From Thaumasiovibrio subtropicus (GTDB lineage Bacteria; Pseudomonadota; Gammaproteobacteria; Enterobacterales; Vibrionaceae): a stretch of 24,000 bases of DNA. The stretch spans positions 2,021,580 to 2,045,579 of the forward strand of contig NZ_AP023054.1 of the NCBI RefSeq assembly GCF_019703835.1. The letters run 5' to 3'. Positions 1 through 9,700 of the stretch are shown piece after piece. The position numbers were made by a program, and so were the translations under genes. The notes beneath the pieces are model-generated. The model ran no database searches and had not been told where the DNA came from. It saw only the letters and a list, made by a program, of their open reading frames with translations. Each line of letters begins with the position of its first letter. Within the stretch, counting starts at the first letter, position 1.

Positions 1-180
1 TTCCACCATAGAGTTAGTTTACTCCTCAGTGCTTTTCTTCCAATGGCTGTTTGTCAAAAATTATTCGTTGAGGCCGAACTAACCATGATCGTAAACCAAG
101 TCTCAACAGTGTTGTTATCAGGCGCACTAACACTAGTTGCCATTAAATCTCATCAGTATCGCTACAAGGACGAAAGGTAA
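1..180 (+). CDS. Possible 3' end of a membrane-protein gene (partial, enters from upstream of the window)
   Basis: Frame 1 is open from base 1 to a TAA at 178-180. It translates to ...LLLSAFLPMAVCQKLFVEAELTMIVNQVSTVLLSGALTLVAIKSHQYRYKDER*, i.e. hydrophobic helix-like stretches and a basic tail. It is absent from the ORF track because it has no in-window start. No family was recognised. Confidence 0.3.
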   Translation, partial: FHHRVSLLLSAFLPMAVCQKLFVEAELTMIVNQVSTVLLSGALTLVAIKSHQYRYKDER

Positions 181-392
181 CCACCACGGTGAGGGCTTTC
201 TTCCTTTTAGAAGTACAAAAAGCCACTTACAAAAGCAATGTACACAAACCACCTCAAGATGCTTTCATCAACGAGAATTTCTAGGTTTATCAGCAAGGCA
301 CTGCTTTGAAGTTCTAGTGGATTAATTCGAAAAGCAGTAGCAACGATGACGAGCCTAGAAAACTCGTCCGAAGGAAAGCGACTTGCATATAT

Positions 393-1682
393 CTACAGTG
401 TCTGCTTTAAATCTTCAACAAACGCTGCTGCTTGATCTTCAGACATTTTGGACGTGGTAATACGTATGGCCTCGCTGGTGCCATCCACATCAAACATGGC
501 ACCATGTCTGACTTGCCAGCCCTTATGTGCGAGTCGCATGGCGACCTCTTTACTGTCGACATTAACCGGAATCCAACAGTTCAACCCCGTATGGGCCTTC
601 GGAACCGGTAAACCAGCCCTCTTCATTGCGTTTTTTAGAAACTGCATCCTTGTCATGTAATCAGCGCGGGCATCCAGTACCAACTGGGTCACACTTTCCT
701 TTCTGAACGCGGTTAAAACAATATGTTGCAATATATGGCTGACCCAAGTCGCACCACTGGCAAGCCTTGCTGTGATGAACTGATTCGTCTGTTTATCGCA
801 CGCGACAAACGCGAGTCGCATATCAGGGCCAAAGCACTTTGAAACCGTTCTAATTAGCGCCCAATGTTGCGTATTTTCCGGAATGACATTGTAGTAAGTT
901 TCATCCGTCAAACGCGCAAAATGATCATCAGCAATGACAACAATCTCTGGATGCTTCGCAAGTATTGTCTTGATCGCTTCAGCACGCTCTCGCGTTACAC
1001 TGATACTGGTGGGGTTATGGACTCGCGGGGTGATCAATACTGCCCTCGCACCAGCGAGAATCGCCTTTTCAAGACCCGCGGTTGTCATGCCTTGATCATC
1101 AATAGGCACTCCAATTGCTTCAAAACCACAGTTTCGAATCGCATTGGCCGACCCCAAAAAACAGGGCGTTTCAACCGCAACTTTATCCCCAACAGAGAGC
1201 AACGCCATCAGTGTGCGTTCAATGCCATCAACTGCACCATGCGACAGCAAAATTTCATGGGTTCCGGGACAATCGTCCGACAACCATTGCTGACCAATCT
1301 GGGCTAACGCAGGCAAAACGGGCGCTTCGCCATAGAGTGACTGGCCAACATCACTCTCCAATAGCAACATTTTAGGGTCTGGTAACCAACAGGTGTTTGG
1401 GTTTCCGTCCGCCAAATCAATTAAAACGGTGCTTTGACTAATACCATCCAACTCTCCAGCCTGAGGCAACTCAGAAATCGACGTCCCTAATCGCCCTCGC
1501 GACTTTACCACGCCCGCTTTTGATAGGCGTTGGTAAGCCAACGACACGGTATTGCGATTGACGCCGAGCGTCTCGGCTAACTCACGAACAGAGGGCAGCA
1601 GATCGCCAGGCTTTAATTGCCCCTCGCGTACTAATAATCGAACCGATTCAGCGATCTCGGCAGCGGTTTTTCCTTTAAACAT
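393..1682 (-). CDS. MocR-family transcriptional regulator (GntR-type wHTH fused to a class-I aminotransferase-fold, PLP-type domain)
   Basis: The N-terminus LPSVRELAETLGVNRNTVSLAYQRLSKAGVV is a GntR HTH. A roughly 350-aa aminotransferase-like body follows (...ILLSHGAVDGIERTL..., ...ITPRVHNPTSIS...). The track ORF starts at a TTG (1724). The in-frame ATG at 1682 has AGGA about 9 nt upstream and is the more likely start. Confidence 0.85.
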   Translation of the reverse strand: MFKGKTAAEIAESVRLLVREGQLKPGDLLPSVRELAETLGVNRNTVSLAYQRLSKAGVVKSRGRLGTSISELPQAGELDGISQSTVLIDLADGNPNTCWLPDPKMLLLESDVGQSLYGEAPVLPALAQIGQQWLSDDCPGTHEILLSHGAVDGIERTLMALLSVGDKVAVETPCFLGSANAIRNCGFEAIGVPIDDQGMTTAGLEKAILAGARAVLITPRVHNPTSISVTRERAEAIKTILAKHPEIVVIADDHFARLTDETYYNVIPENTQHWALIRTVSKCFGPDMRLAFVACDKQTNQFITARLASGATWVSHILQHIVLTAFRKESVTQLVLDARADYMTRMQFLKNAMKRAGLPVPKAHTGLNCWIPVNVDSKEVAMRLAHKGWQVRHGAMFDVDGTSEAIRITTSKMSEDQAAAFVEDLKQTL

Positions 1683-1688
1683 GCAACT

Positions 1689-1726
1689 TTGTCCTATGAC
1701 AATGTTTATTTTTGACTGAGACAATG
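1689..1726. promoter_or_regulatory. Candidate MocR operator in the divergent intergenic region
   Basis: Inverted repeat TTGTC-CTAT-GACAA at 1689-1702. Direct repeat GACAATG at 1698-1704 and 1720-1726, 22 bp apart (about two helical turns). It lies between the regulator and the divergent DHDPS-like gene. Confidence 0.35.
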
Positions 1727-1783
1727 ATAGCGTAAAAAAAGAGTTAACAAAACGTACCGCAGCGACGGTCGTAGGAGCCAGCT

Positions 1784-2677
1784 ATGTTTCACGGATTAAC
1801 CACCTACCCCATTACCCCAATGGATGAAAGTGGGATTGATTTTATTGCCTATTCACGTCTCATTCATAGACTCGTTGAAGCAGGTGTTGATGGTATTGGC
1901 GCGCTCGGCTCTACAGGAAATGCAGTCTATTTGTCGATCGAGGAGCGAAAGCGTGTTGCGATTGAAGCCGTCAAACAAGCAGGGGTTACCCCAGTTATTG
2001 TCGGTATCAGTGCTCTAAGAACGCGAGATGTACTGAAACTGGCTGAAGACGCCCAATATGCAGGTGCAAAAGCGCTACTGTTGGCACCAATGTCTTATCA
2101 AAAGCTCTCTGAAGAAGAGGTGTACCATCTTTATGAAAAGGTCTCTGCTCATGTTTCAGTCCCCTTGTGCGTCTACGATAATCCCGCCACAACAAATTTC
2201 ACTTTTAGCGATATGCTGCTGGGCGAAATCGCGAAGTTTAACCCCGTCAAAGCGATTAAACTTCCCCCAGTTCAACTACAACCCAGTTTGGCAGAAGCAC
2301 GGATTCGATTACTGAGAAATCATCTCCCGAAAGATGTCGCCATTGGAATCAGTGGTGATGCCTCCGCAGCAACAGCGCTTAATGCAGGATGCGACGGCTG
2401 GCACAGTGTCATTGGCGGTATTTTCCCTGAAACCACCAAGAACATTTTTAACGCATCAAAAGAAGGCGACAAATTACTGGCAAAAAACCTTTCAGATAAG
2501 CTTCAGCCCTTATGGGATCTTTGCCTCTATAACCGTGGCAGCTTGCGCGTCTTTGCAACGGCAGCAGAATTACTCGGGCTTGTTCGCGCACCTTATTTGC
2601 CTTCACCACTCAAACCCTTGCCCGCGGATGCAAAGATGCAACTGGCGAAAGTACTCAAATCACTCCCACTAAAATAA
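1784..2677 (+). CDS. Dihydrodipicolinate synthase / N-acetylneuraminate lyase family (class I aldolase) protein
   Basis: 297 aa with a typical DHDPS-family N-terminus: TPMDESGIDFIAYSRLIHRLVEAGVDGIGALGSTGNAVYLSIEERKRV. GGAG lies upstream of the ATG. Substrate cannot be assigned from sequence alone. Confidence 0.85.
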   Translation: MFHGLTTYPITPMDESGIDFIAYSRLIHRLVEAGVDGIGALGSTGNAVYLSIEERKRVAIEAVKQAGVTPVIVGISALRTRDVLKLAEDAQYAGAKALLLAPMSYQKLSEEEVYHLYEKVSAHVSVPLCVYDNPATTNFTFSDMLLGEIAKFNPVKAIKLPPVQLQPSLAEARIRLLRNHLPKDVAIGISGDASAATALNAGCDGWHSVIGGIFPETTKNIFNASKEGDKLLAKNLSDKLQPLWDLCLYNRGSLRVFATAAELLGLVRAPYLPSPLKPLPADAKMQLAKVLKSLPLK

Positions 2678-2787
2678 ACTTTAAAAACAATTATTTAAGA
2701 ATAATTATAACCATAAACAACTGATAGCAGTTGGCGAAGGCCGTTACGGCCACACTCTGAGCGACACGACCCTAACGCTCAGAACCC

Positions 2788-2826
2788 TTTGAACCGTTGA
2801 TTTCGATCAACGGTTCAAATTTTCTT
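2788..2826 (+). terminator. Rho-independent terminator of the DHDPS-like gene
   Basis: Perfect 12-14 bp stem TGAACCGTTGAT / ATCAACGGTTCA (2790-2801 / 2806-2817) with loop TTCG, followed by AATTTTCTT. Confidence 0.8.
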
Positions 2827-3190
2827 GAAATGTCGCTCAATTACATTTCATCCTCAAAGAAACGCCTCACATTTCCGTTTAAAAACCGAATAAAAAATTT
2901 GCGGTAAAAAACAAGTCAGAGAAAAGTCAAAACCAATCTAATATTCGAATAATCCCATAAAAAAAGACGAACCTCGACATAAAACACCAAGAATTCACAT
3001 ATTTCAGCACACAACCAGCAATCACATTGCCCAAGCCAATACTGTCAAGGTTGTATATTACTTCTGACTTGAATTTTAGGTTGCGTGGACAAGTCTCTTT
3101 TAAGGTCACGTTTTAGCAACGCTTGTGCTGTTTCTTGCTATGCGGTCGAAAATTCAAACTATGGATTATTCATCTAACGGAATAAAAGAC

Positions 3191-4900
3191 ATGTTGAAGA
3201 TAAAGTACCTCACAGCTCTTGTCGGGCTGAGCCTTGCATCCAATGCATTGGCAATGAACATCCAACCCGATCCAGACACACCGAATGGTTACTTGGTATC
3301 CAAAGCGGATGTCGCGGCAGCAGAAGCGGCCAAAACCTCGGATCCCATGTATGCGATTTGGGCCAAAGCACTCGAAACGGCACCAAACACGGTGGTCGAC
3401 GCCATTCGTCCCGGCCTCGCCTCTAACCCGGCCAACGTTGTACGTGCAGAGCGCGTGTTCCCAGAAACTGAATGGATTTTTCTGACGGACATGGCGGCCC
3501 CTGAATACACGTATACCAAGTTCTTACAAGCGATTGGTAAGTTCCCTGCATTTTGTGGTGACTACACCGATGGCCGCGATGCGGACGCAATTTGTAAACG
3601 CTCTATCGTGACCGCGTTCGCGCATTTCGCGCAGGAAACGGGGGGACATATTGCCGTCGATAACGTTTGGGATAACCCGAAAGGGCTGGAAGAGTGGCAA
3701 CAAGCGCTCGTGCACGTGCGTGAAATGGGTTGGTCTGAAGGTCAAGTCGGCTATACCACAGGTTGTGGCCAAAATGACTGGCAAAACAAACGCTGGCCGT
3801 GTGCAGATGGGCAAGGCTATTTTGGCCGCGGTGCCAAGCAACTTTCCTATCACTTTAACTACGGTGCCTTCTCTGAAGTCATGTACGATGGTGATGCAAC
3901 GGTCTTGTTGAACAACCCAGCACTCGTCGCTGATACCTGGTTAAATCTCGCTTCTGCTATCTGGTTCTTCCTTACTCCTCAAGCCCCTAAACCTGCCATG
4001 CTGCACGTGATTGACCGGACTTGGTCACCCTCACAACGGGAAATTGATGCCGGCATTGGATATGGCTTTGGTACCACCATTAATATCATCAATGGTGGTA
4101 TCGAGTGTGGCGAGCAGAACAAAGATAAAGGACAACCGGTTAACCGCATCCGCTACTGGGAAGGCCTATCAAGTTTCTACCAAATCCCGATTGAAGCCGA
4201 TGAGAAGAATACCTGCTGGCAGCAAACGCCCTACGGCAGTATCAATCTCGAAGGTGCGAAAGATGTCCTTTACACCAACTGGGATGGCGATTGGACCTAT
4301 CATGCAGATCGTCCGGGTGGTGTCTCCTTTGAGTGTAAACTTGTTGGCTACCAAACTGCCTACTCTGCGCTTGTCCCTGGCGACTACGAGAAGTGTGTGA
4401 CCAACTTCTATGAGTCACATGCTAACTGGCCTGCAGTCCGCGTCGTTGATACTTTGCCACCGGGTGATGGCGGCAATCCGGGCGGTGATCCTCAGAACCC
4501 AGCTTGGGATGCGACGGCGGTTTATACTGGCGGGGATACCGTTACCTATCAAAACGCTATCTACCGCGCCAAATGGTGGACGCAAGGTAATATTCCGAGC
4601 GATGGTGGACCTTGGGAATTTGTTGAAAATACCACTCCCACCGATCCACCAGTGACTGAGCCACCCGTCACAGAACCGCCTGTGACCGAACCACCTGTAA
4701 CAGAGCCTCCGGTCACTGAGCCACCCGTGACTGAACCACCTGCAACCGATGCCATTGTTTGGCAAGCCGGTGTAACAAAAGCGGCAGATGGCGACAAGGT
4801 AACGCATAATGGCAAATGCTTTGTCGCTAAAAACAGCCCGGGCGTTTGGGAAACACCAACCCAATCAAACTGGTTCTGGGATGAGGTTGCTTGTCAGTAG
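3191..4900 (+). CDS. Secreted GH19 chitinase with two C-terminal CBM5/12-like chitin-binding modules
   Basis: GH19 hallmark [10 protein letters not shown] and the surrounding catalytic-domain pattern. First C-terminal module [38 protein letters not shown]. Second module [34 protein letters not shown]. Signal peptide [21 protein letters not shown] begins at the ATG at 3191. The track start (GTG 3125) has no RBS, so the start is uncertain (3125/3161/3191). Confidence 0.9.
   Translation: MLKIKYLTALVGLSLASNALAMNIQPDPDTPNGYLVSKADVAAAEAAKTSDPMYAIWAKALETAPNTVVDAIRPGLASNPANVVRAERVFPETEWIFLTDMAAPEYTYTKFLQAIGKFPAFCGDYTDGRDADAICKRSIVTAFAHFAQETGGHIAVDNVWDNPKGLEEWQQALVHVREMGWSEGQVGYTTGCGQNDWQNKRWPCADGQGYFGRGAKQLSYHFNYGAFSEVMYDGDATVLLNNPALVADTWLNLASAIWFFLTPQAPKPAMLHVIDRTWSPSQREIDAGIGYGFGTTINIINGGIECGEQNKDKGQPVNRIRYWEGLSSFYQIPIEADEKNTCWQQTPYGSINLEGAKDVLYTNWDGDWTYHADRPGGVSFECKLVGYQTAYSALVPGDYEKCVTNFYESHANWPAVRVVDTLPPGDGGNPGGDPQNPAWDATAVYTGGDTVTYQNAIYRAKWWTQGNIPSDGGPWEFVENTTPTDPPVTEPPVTEPPVTEPPVTEPPVTEPPVTEPPATDAIVWQAGVTKAADGDKVTHNGKCFVAKNSPGVWETPTQSNWFWDEVACQ
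4646..4750 (+). repeat. 15-bp coding tandem repeat: (PPVTE)x6 plus a degenerate PPATD linker
   Basis: Units: ccaccagtgactgag / ccacccgtcacagaa / ccgcctgtgaccgaa / ccacctgtaacagag / cctccggtcactgag / ccacccgtgactgaa / ccacctgcaaccgat. It sits between the two chitin-binding modules. Confidence 0.95.
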
Positions 4901-4919
4901 AACACATGCATAACAACAG

Positions 4920-4950
4920 AGGGGATGCTTCTCTGCATCCCCTTTCTTTT
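4920..4950 (+). terminator. Rho-independent terminator of the chitinase gene
   Basis: Stem AGGGGATGC (4920-4928) / GCATCCCCT (4935-4943), loop TTCTCT, then TTCTTTT. Confidence 0.8.
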
Positions 4951-4999
4951 ACCCTAGCGTTAAGCTTCGCGTATCTAGCGCTATTACCGAGCCGCCCCG

Positions 5000-6760
5000 T
5001 TAATACACGTCGCGCACATAACGCTTCTGTTTCTTAAGCTTGCTCACGTACTCGATTGCCTCATCAGATGACATTTCACCATGTGTTTCGATCACTTGAT
5101 GCAAGGCCTTATCCACATCTTTCGCCATGTAGTAAGCATCGCCACAAACGAAGAAGTAACCACCACGCTCCAACCACGCGAACAGTTCAGCACCCGCTTC
5201 AATCATCTTATCCTGAACATAAATCTTCTCCGCCTGATCGCGCGAAAAAGCGAGGTCTAAGCGAGTTAACACCCCCTTCTCTTGCAGTGCTTCGAGTTCC
5301 TCACGATAGATAAAGTCAGTAGCACTGTTGCGGTCACCAAAGATTAACCAATTATCGCCCGGCGATGCTTGTACCTCACGCTCTTCAAGGAAAGAACGGA
5401 ACGGTGCAATTCCCGTACCCGGACCGACCATAATCATAGGTGCGTTGTCATCTTCCGGCACAGCAAAGTTCTTATTCGGAGCAAAATAGCACGGTACCGT
5501 GTCGCCTTCATCGACGAGGTCGGCTAACCAAGTCGAGCAGGTGCCATGGTACTCACGATCGTCGCGTGCATAGCGAACACTACCAATCGTTAAATGCACC
5601 TCATCTTCATGTTTATTCAGGCTCGAAGAGATAGAATAAGCCCGTGGCGCTATCGGCTTCAGGAGCGAGAGAATCTCAGCCAGAGACAAGGTGACACCCG
5701 GATACTGTCGTAGCAAATCAAGAATGTCTTTCCCCCACAGATAATCGTTCAGTGCGCTGGTATCTTCATTACCTAATAAGGTAATCAGATGGTGATCACT
5801 GGCGCTTTCCGCGAGGGCTTTCACAAACTCTTTTGACGGTGTGCGGATATCTAAATACTGGGTGAAGATCTCTCGTAGGCTATGGTTTTCTCCATTCCAT
5901 GACGGCTTCTCTTCACCACTAAAATTAAAGTGCTCAAGGAAAGCTTGCACAAGGGCTGGCTGATTCTGAGGAATCACATTCAATGCATCCCCTGCTTTAT
6001 AGAACTCACCACTGCCTTCCAAAGAAATTTCATAGTGAACAATCTCTTTACTCGATCCCGGCTGGTTCAAAACGCGCTTATGCTTGAGCTTCGCAAGCAG
6101 TGGCTGCTTACGACTGTACTTAGATTTCGCCTTTGGGGCGCTGCCCCCCGATGCCGTCGCTGCCTCACCATCATCGCCCTTGTCAGCGATGCCCGGCAAC
6201 GTAGCTATCATCCAATCTTCTGCAGGTTGCTCGAAATCGATATCGCAATCAACGCGCGGGGTGATACGGGTTGCCCCCAATGCTTCTAATCGTTGATCCC
6301 ACTCTTTACCTGCAAGACAGAACTCATCGTAGCTTGTGTCTCCCAGCGCCAACACTGAAAAGAAAGTGCCATCGAGTTTAGGCGCGTTGTCAGACGACAT
6401 GGTTTGCCACAATGTCTCTGCATTATCTGGATGCTCACCTTCACCATAGGTACTCGTCACAATCAGCACGCGCGACGATTTCACAAAGATTTGTGCATCG
6501 ACATCGTCCATATCATGCACAGTCGCCACCATGCCATATTCTTTCGCTTTTTCAGCCGTATCATAAGCAACACTCTCAGCATTGCCGGTTTGCGATCCAT
6601 ACAAAATCGTTAACGCCTTAACCTGTGGCTTAGTCTCAGCATGTACGACCGACTCTTCTTTCACTAACAGGCGCGAGTGTAGCCCCGAAAAAAAGCCTGC
6701 AAGCCATGTTTTTTGATCGTCGTTAAACGGAATATCTTGTGGCAAATGAGGTACTTTCAT
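5000..6760 (-). CDS. CysJ-like diflavin reductase (flavodoxin-like FMN domain plus FAD/NADPH ferredoxin-reductase-type domain)
   Basis: FMN motifs ILYGSQTGNAESVA, LIVTSTYGEGEHPDNA and FSVLALGDTSYDEFC. FAD/NADPH motifs RAYSISSS, GTCSTWL, MVGPGTGIAPFRSF, YVQDKM, FFVCGD and a C-terminal RYVRDVY. The N-terminus DDQKTWLAGFFSGL resembles the CysJ N-terminal segment. The ATG at 6760 has AGGAAG 5 nt upstream. It lies 30 bp downstream of the gltB-like stop on the same strand. Confidence 0.9.
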   Translation of the reverse strand: MKVPHLPQDIPFNDDQKTWLAGFFSGLHSRLLVKEESVVHAETKPQVKALTILYGSQTGNAESVAYDTAEKAKEYGMVATVHDMDDVDAQIFVKSSRVLIVTSTYGEGEHPDNAETLWQTMSSDNAPKLDGTFFSVLALGDTSYDEFCLAGKEWDQRLEALGATRITPRVDCDIDFEQPAEDWMIATLPGIADKGDDGEAATASGGSAPKAKSKYSRKQPLLAKLKHKRVLNQPGSSKEIVHYEISLEGSGEFYKAGDALNVIPQNQPALVQAFLEHFNFSGEEKPSWNGENHSLREIFTQYLDIRTPSKEFVKALAESASDHHLITLLGNEDTSALNDYLWGKDILDLLRQYPGVTLSLAEILSLLKPIAPRAYSISSSLNKHEDEVHLTIGSVRYARDDREYHGTCSTWLADLVDEGDTVPCYFAPNKNFAVPEDDNAPMIMVGPGTGIAPFRSFLEEREVQASPGDNWLIFGDRNSATDFIYREELEALQEKGVLTRLDLAFSRDQAEKIYVQDKMIEAGAELFAWLERGGYFFVCGDAYYMAKDVDKALHQVIETHGEMSSDEAIEYVSKLKKQKRYVRDVY

Positions 6761-6790
6761 TGTTCTTCCTATCTCTTATTCTTGGCCATC

Positions 6791-9700
6791 CTAGGCGCTT
6801 TGGGCTTTTGCAGTTTGCTGACTCGCAGCCTGCGCTTTCTCTTGCTCAATCTCTTCCCGGATCACATCGGCAAAGGTATGGCAATACAGTGTCGCCATAC
6901 GTTGAGCAAGCGGCTCAATCTGTTGTAGCTGTTTCTGGATCTCTTGCTCACGCGCAATGATCCAAACGGATGTCCCTCGCGAATGGGTATCAGTCACATC
7001 GCGACGTGCTAGCGAAGTTTTGTAATCAACAACACGTTTGTGGGCGAGCAGTACAGACAACTCCTCATCACGATAGTTAGAGACCGCCTCCTTCACGTCT
7101 TTCAACAACGTATCAAGTAGCTTCTTGTCACGAAGTTCAAAGAGACGTTTCACTAAGCGCGACTGTTGTACTTCACATTCACTTTGCGAGGAAACAAGTT
7201 GATGCGCGCGGTGTAATACACCACTTTGCGTCAGCAAATCGAAGATCAGCACCGTGTCCATATCGCCATATTGCGGACTCAAGCCATCGGATAAGGCCTC
7301 GCCACTTTCATAGGCAAGGTGGACACTTTCAATCAAACGATTCGCTTCACCGGCAATCAACTCTTCTAGCATTTTTTTGCGTGAGTGCGTTTTAAGAATA
7401 CTGTCAGGATGCTGGCTCTGAGTGAGCGCGAGCGGGAACACCAGCGTGAATAGCGTGCGGCTTGTAGCCCAATCATCAAGCAGTGCTTTGGCTGTCGGTG
7501 ACTGTGTGAAACGGACGTGCTCTTCAAGGTGCCATTTTAGCGCCTGCTCATAGCCTTCATTGTGTTCGATCAAAGGTAACGCCGTGACAGAATCTTCACT
7601 GCAACGCGCAGCAAAACTACCATCGACATCATATTGATACGCCACGCCACCAGACATACCGTTACCAAAGCCTTTACCATAATCACCTAAGTTGATCACG
7701 CTGCCGTTCGTCATGTATTCGCAACAGAAATCACCGACACCTTCGACAACTGCCACTGCGCCAGAGTTACGCACTGCAAAGCGGTCACCCGCTTCACCTT
7801 GGACAAATATCTGACCACCGGTTGCCCCAAACAGCGCAAAGTTACCAATCAGGACATTCTTACCTGTCTCTAGCGCGCCGCCACCCGGCGAACGCACGAC
7901 GATATGACCGCCACTGGATCCTTTGCCGACCCCATCATTACAGACACCCGTGTGTTCCATAATGATGCCGGAGTTATTGAATGCGCCATAACTTTGACCT
8001 GCGCTACCATGGGTTCTGACCTTAACAGACTCAGGTGCAAGGAAACGTCGACCATTGGCGGACGTAAAGATTGAAGGATGCGACTGAGCGTTGACGCATA
8101 CATCGCCCGCTTCACCTTTTCGACCTTGGGTCGCGTAGCCGTTGCCGTAATTTAAGAAACGCTCGACATCGATGGAGAGTTGCCCACCTGTCGATTTGTT
8201 ACGGTTATTGAGCTTCACGCTCTCAAGTTCAATTTGCGCCACTTCCGCGGTGAAGTAGGACTCGAAAAGCGCATCGATAAAGTGTTGATCTGGCGTGAAA
8301 TCGGCTTCTAGATAAACAGGTTTCGCGACCTTAACCAGATCAACCGGGCGTAACAGGCCTGTCACATCTAAACGGCCAACAATGCTGTGGTGATTGGCTA
8401 AATGCAGAAGTTCTGTTCGACCACGGATTTCACGTAAGCTGCAATAGCCTAGCGCGGCAAGGATTTCACGAACCTCATGGGCGACATTTAAGAAGTACTG
8501 CGCCAGCGCTCGGGGATCACCTTGATAGAGCTCTGGGTTGGTGGTCAATCCGGCAGGACACTTGACGTTACAGTTCTTCGCCATCACACATTTGAGCATC
8601 ATCAGGGCGGTTGTACCGAACTCGAAGGAATCGCCCCCCATAATGGCAGACTTAATTACATCCATGCCGGTTTGGTGTGCGTTTGAGCAGCGCAATACCA
8701 CTTTGTCGCGCAAGCCGTTTTCGCTCAACGCTTGATGTACTTCAGCAATCCCGATTTCTGCGGCGCGACCCGTATTTTTCAAACTGGTTACCGCGGCAGC
8801 CCCCGTTCCCCCGGTGTTACCCGCTACGTTAATGACATCGGCCCCGGCTTTCGCAACACCCACCGCAATCGTACCAATCCCTTCCGAAGAGACCAGTTTC
8901 ACAATCACTTTTACACGCGCCGCTTTTGCGTCATGGATCAACTGGCCCAAGTCTTCAATGGAGTAAGTATCATGATGAGGAGGGGGACTCACCAGCTCGA
9001 CGCCCGGCGTACCGCCACGTGCAGCAGCAATCTCTACCGTCACTTTCGGGGCGGGTAGCTGGCCACCCTCACCCGGTTTTGCCCCTTGGGCAATCTTAAT
9101 CTCAATCTCTTGAAGTTGTGGATCAGCAAGGTAGCCTACCCATACCCCAAAGCGCCCTGAAGCAAACTGCTTGATCTTACTCGATTTAATCGAGTTATAT
9201 CGGCTCGAGTGCTCGCCACCCTCACCACTGTTACTCATGGCGCCCGCAATGTTCGTGCCTTGCGCGACAGCAATATGTGCATTGGCATTCAACGCGCCGT
9301 GACTCATCGCGCCAGAGGCCAGTGTCGGTGTAATGAGGTGCGCAGGTTCAACCTCATTAATAGCAAGTGGTGTTTTTGCTTGGCGAACCTTAGATAAGAA
9401 AACTGCAAGACGTTCGTTCGCAAGGATGACGACCTTGTCGAACTCAATCGCTATGTCGGTGAGATGATCTTGCCAAACTCGCTCAATCGCCGCTTTGAGT
9501 AATTGCGGCTCACGCTGCGTGAGCGCCAACGCAAATCGGCTTTCCCCCAGCGCCTCTACTGTAATGCCCTGCCAAAGATAATTGACGTTACCTTCTCGAT
9601 GGAAACGGTCGAGTAACTTCACGACGTCATCAACACTGTTAGCCGCACTAAAATCGAGTGGCAACAGCAGAATGTCACGCAAGGCTGCCGGACGTGTCTC

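Noticed and set aside
137-325. 62-aa ORF near the window start
   Set aside because: It overlaps the better-supported frame-1 C-terminal fragment. The start is non-canonical and the translation is unremarkable.
2927-3109. 60-aa minus-strand ORF upstream of the chitinase gene
   Set aside because: It lies in the AT-rich chitinase promoter region, with no RBS and an odd composition.
4415-4864. Minus-strand ORFs (149 aa and 84 aa, including a GGSVT repeat) inside the chitinase gene
   Set aside because: They are antisense shadows of the chitinase CDS and of its PPVTE repeat. They have no RBS or independent support.
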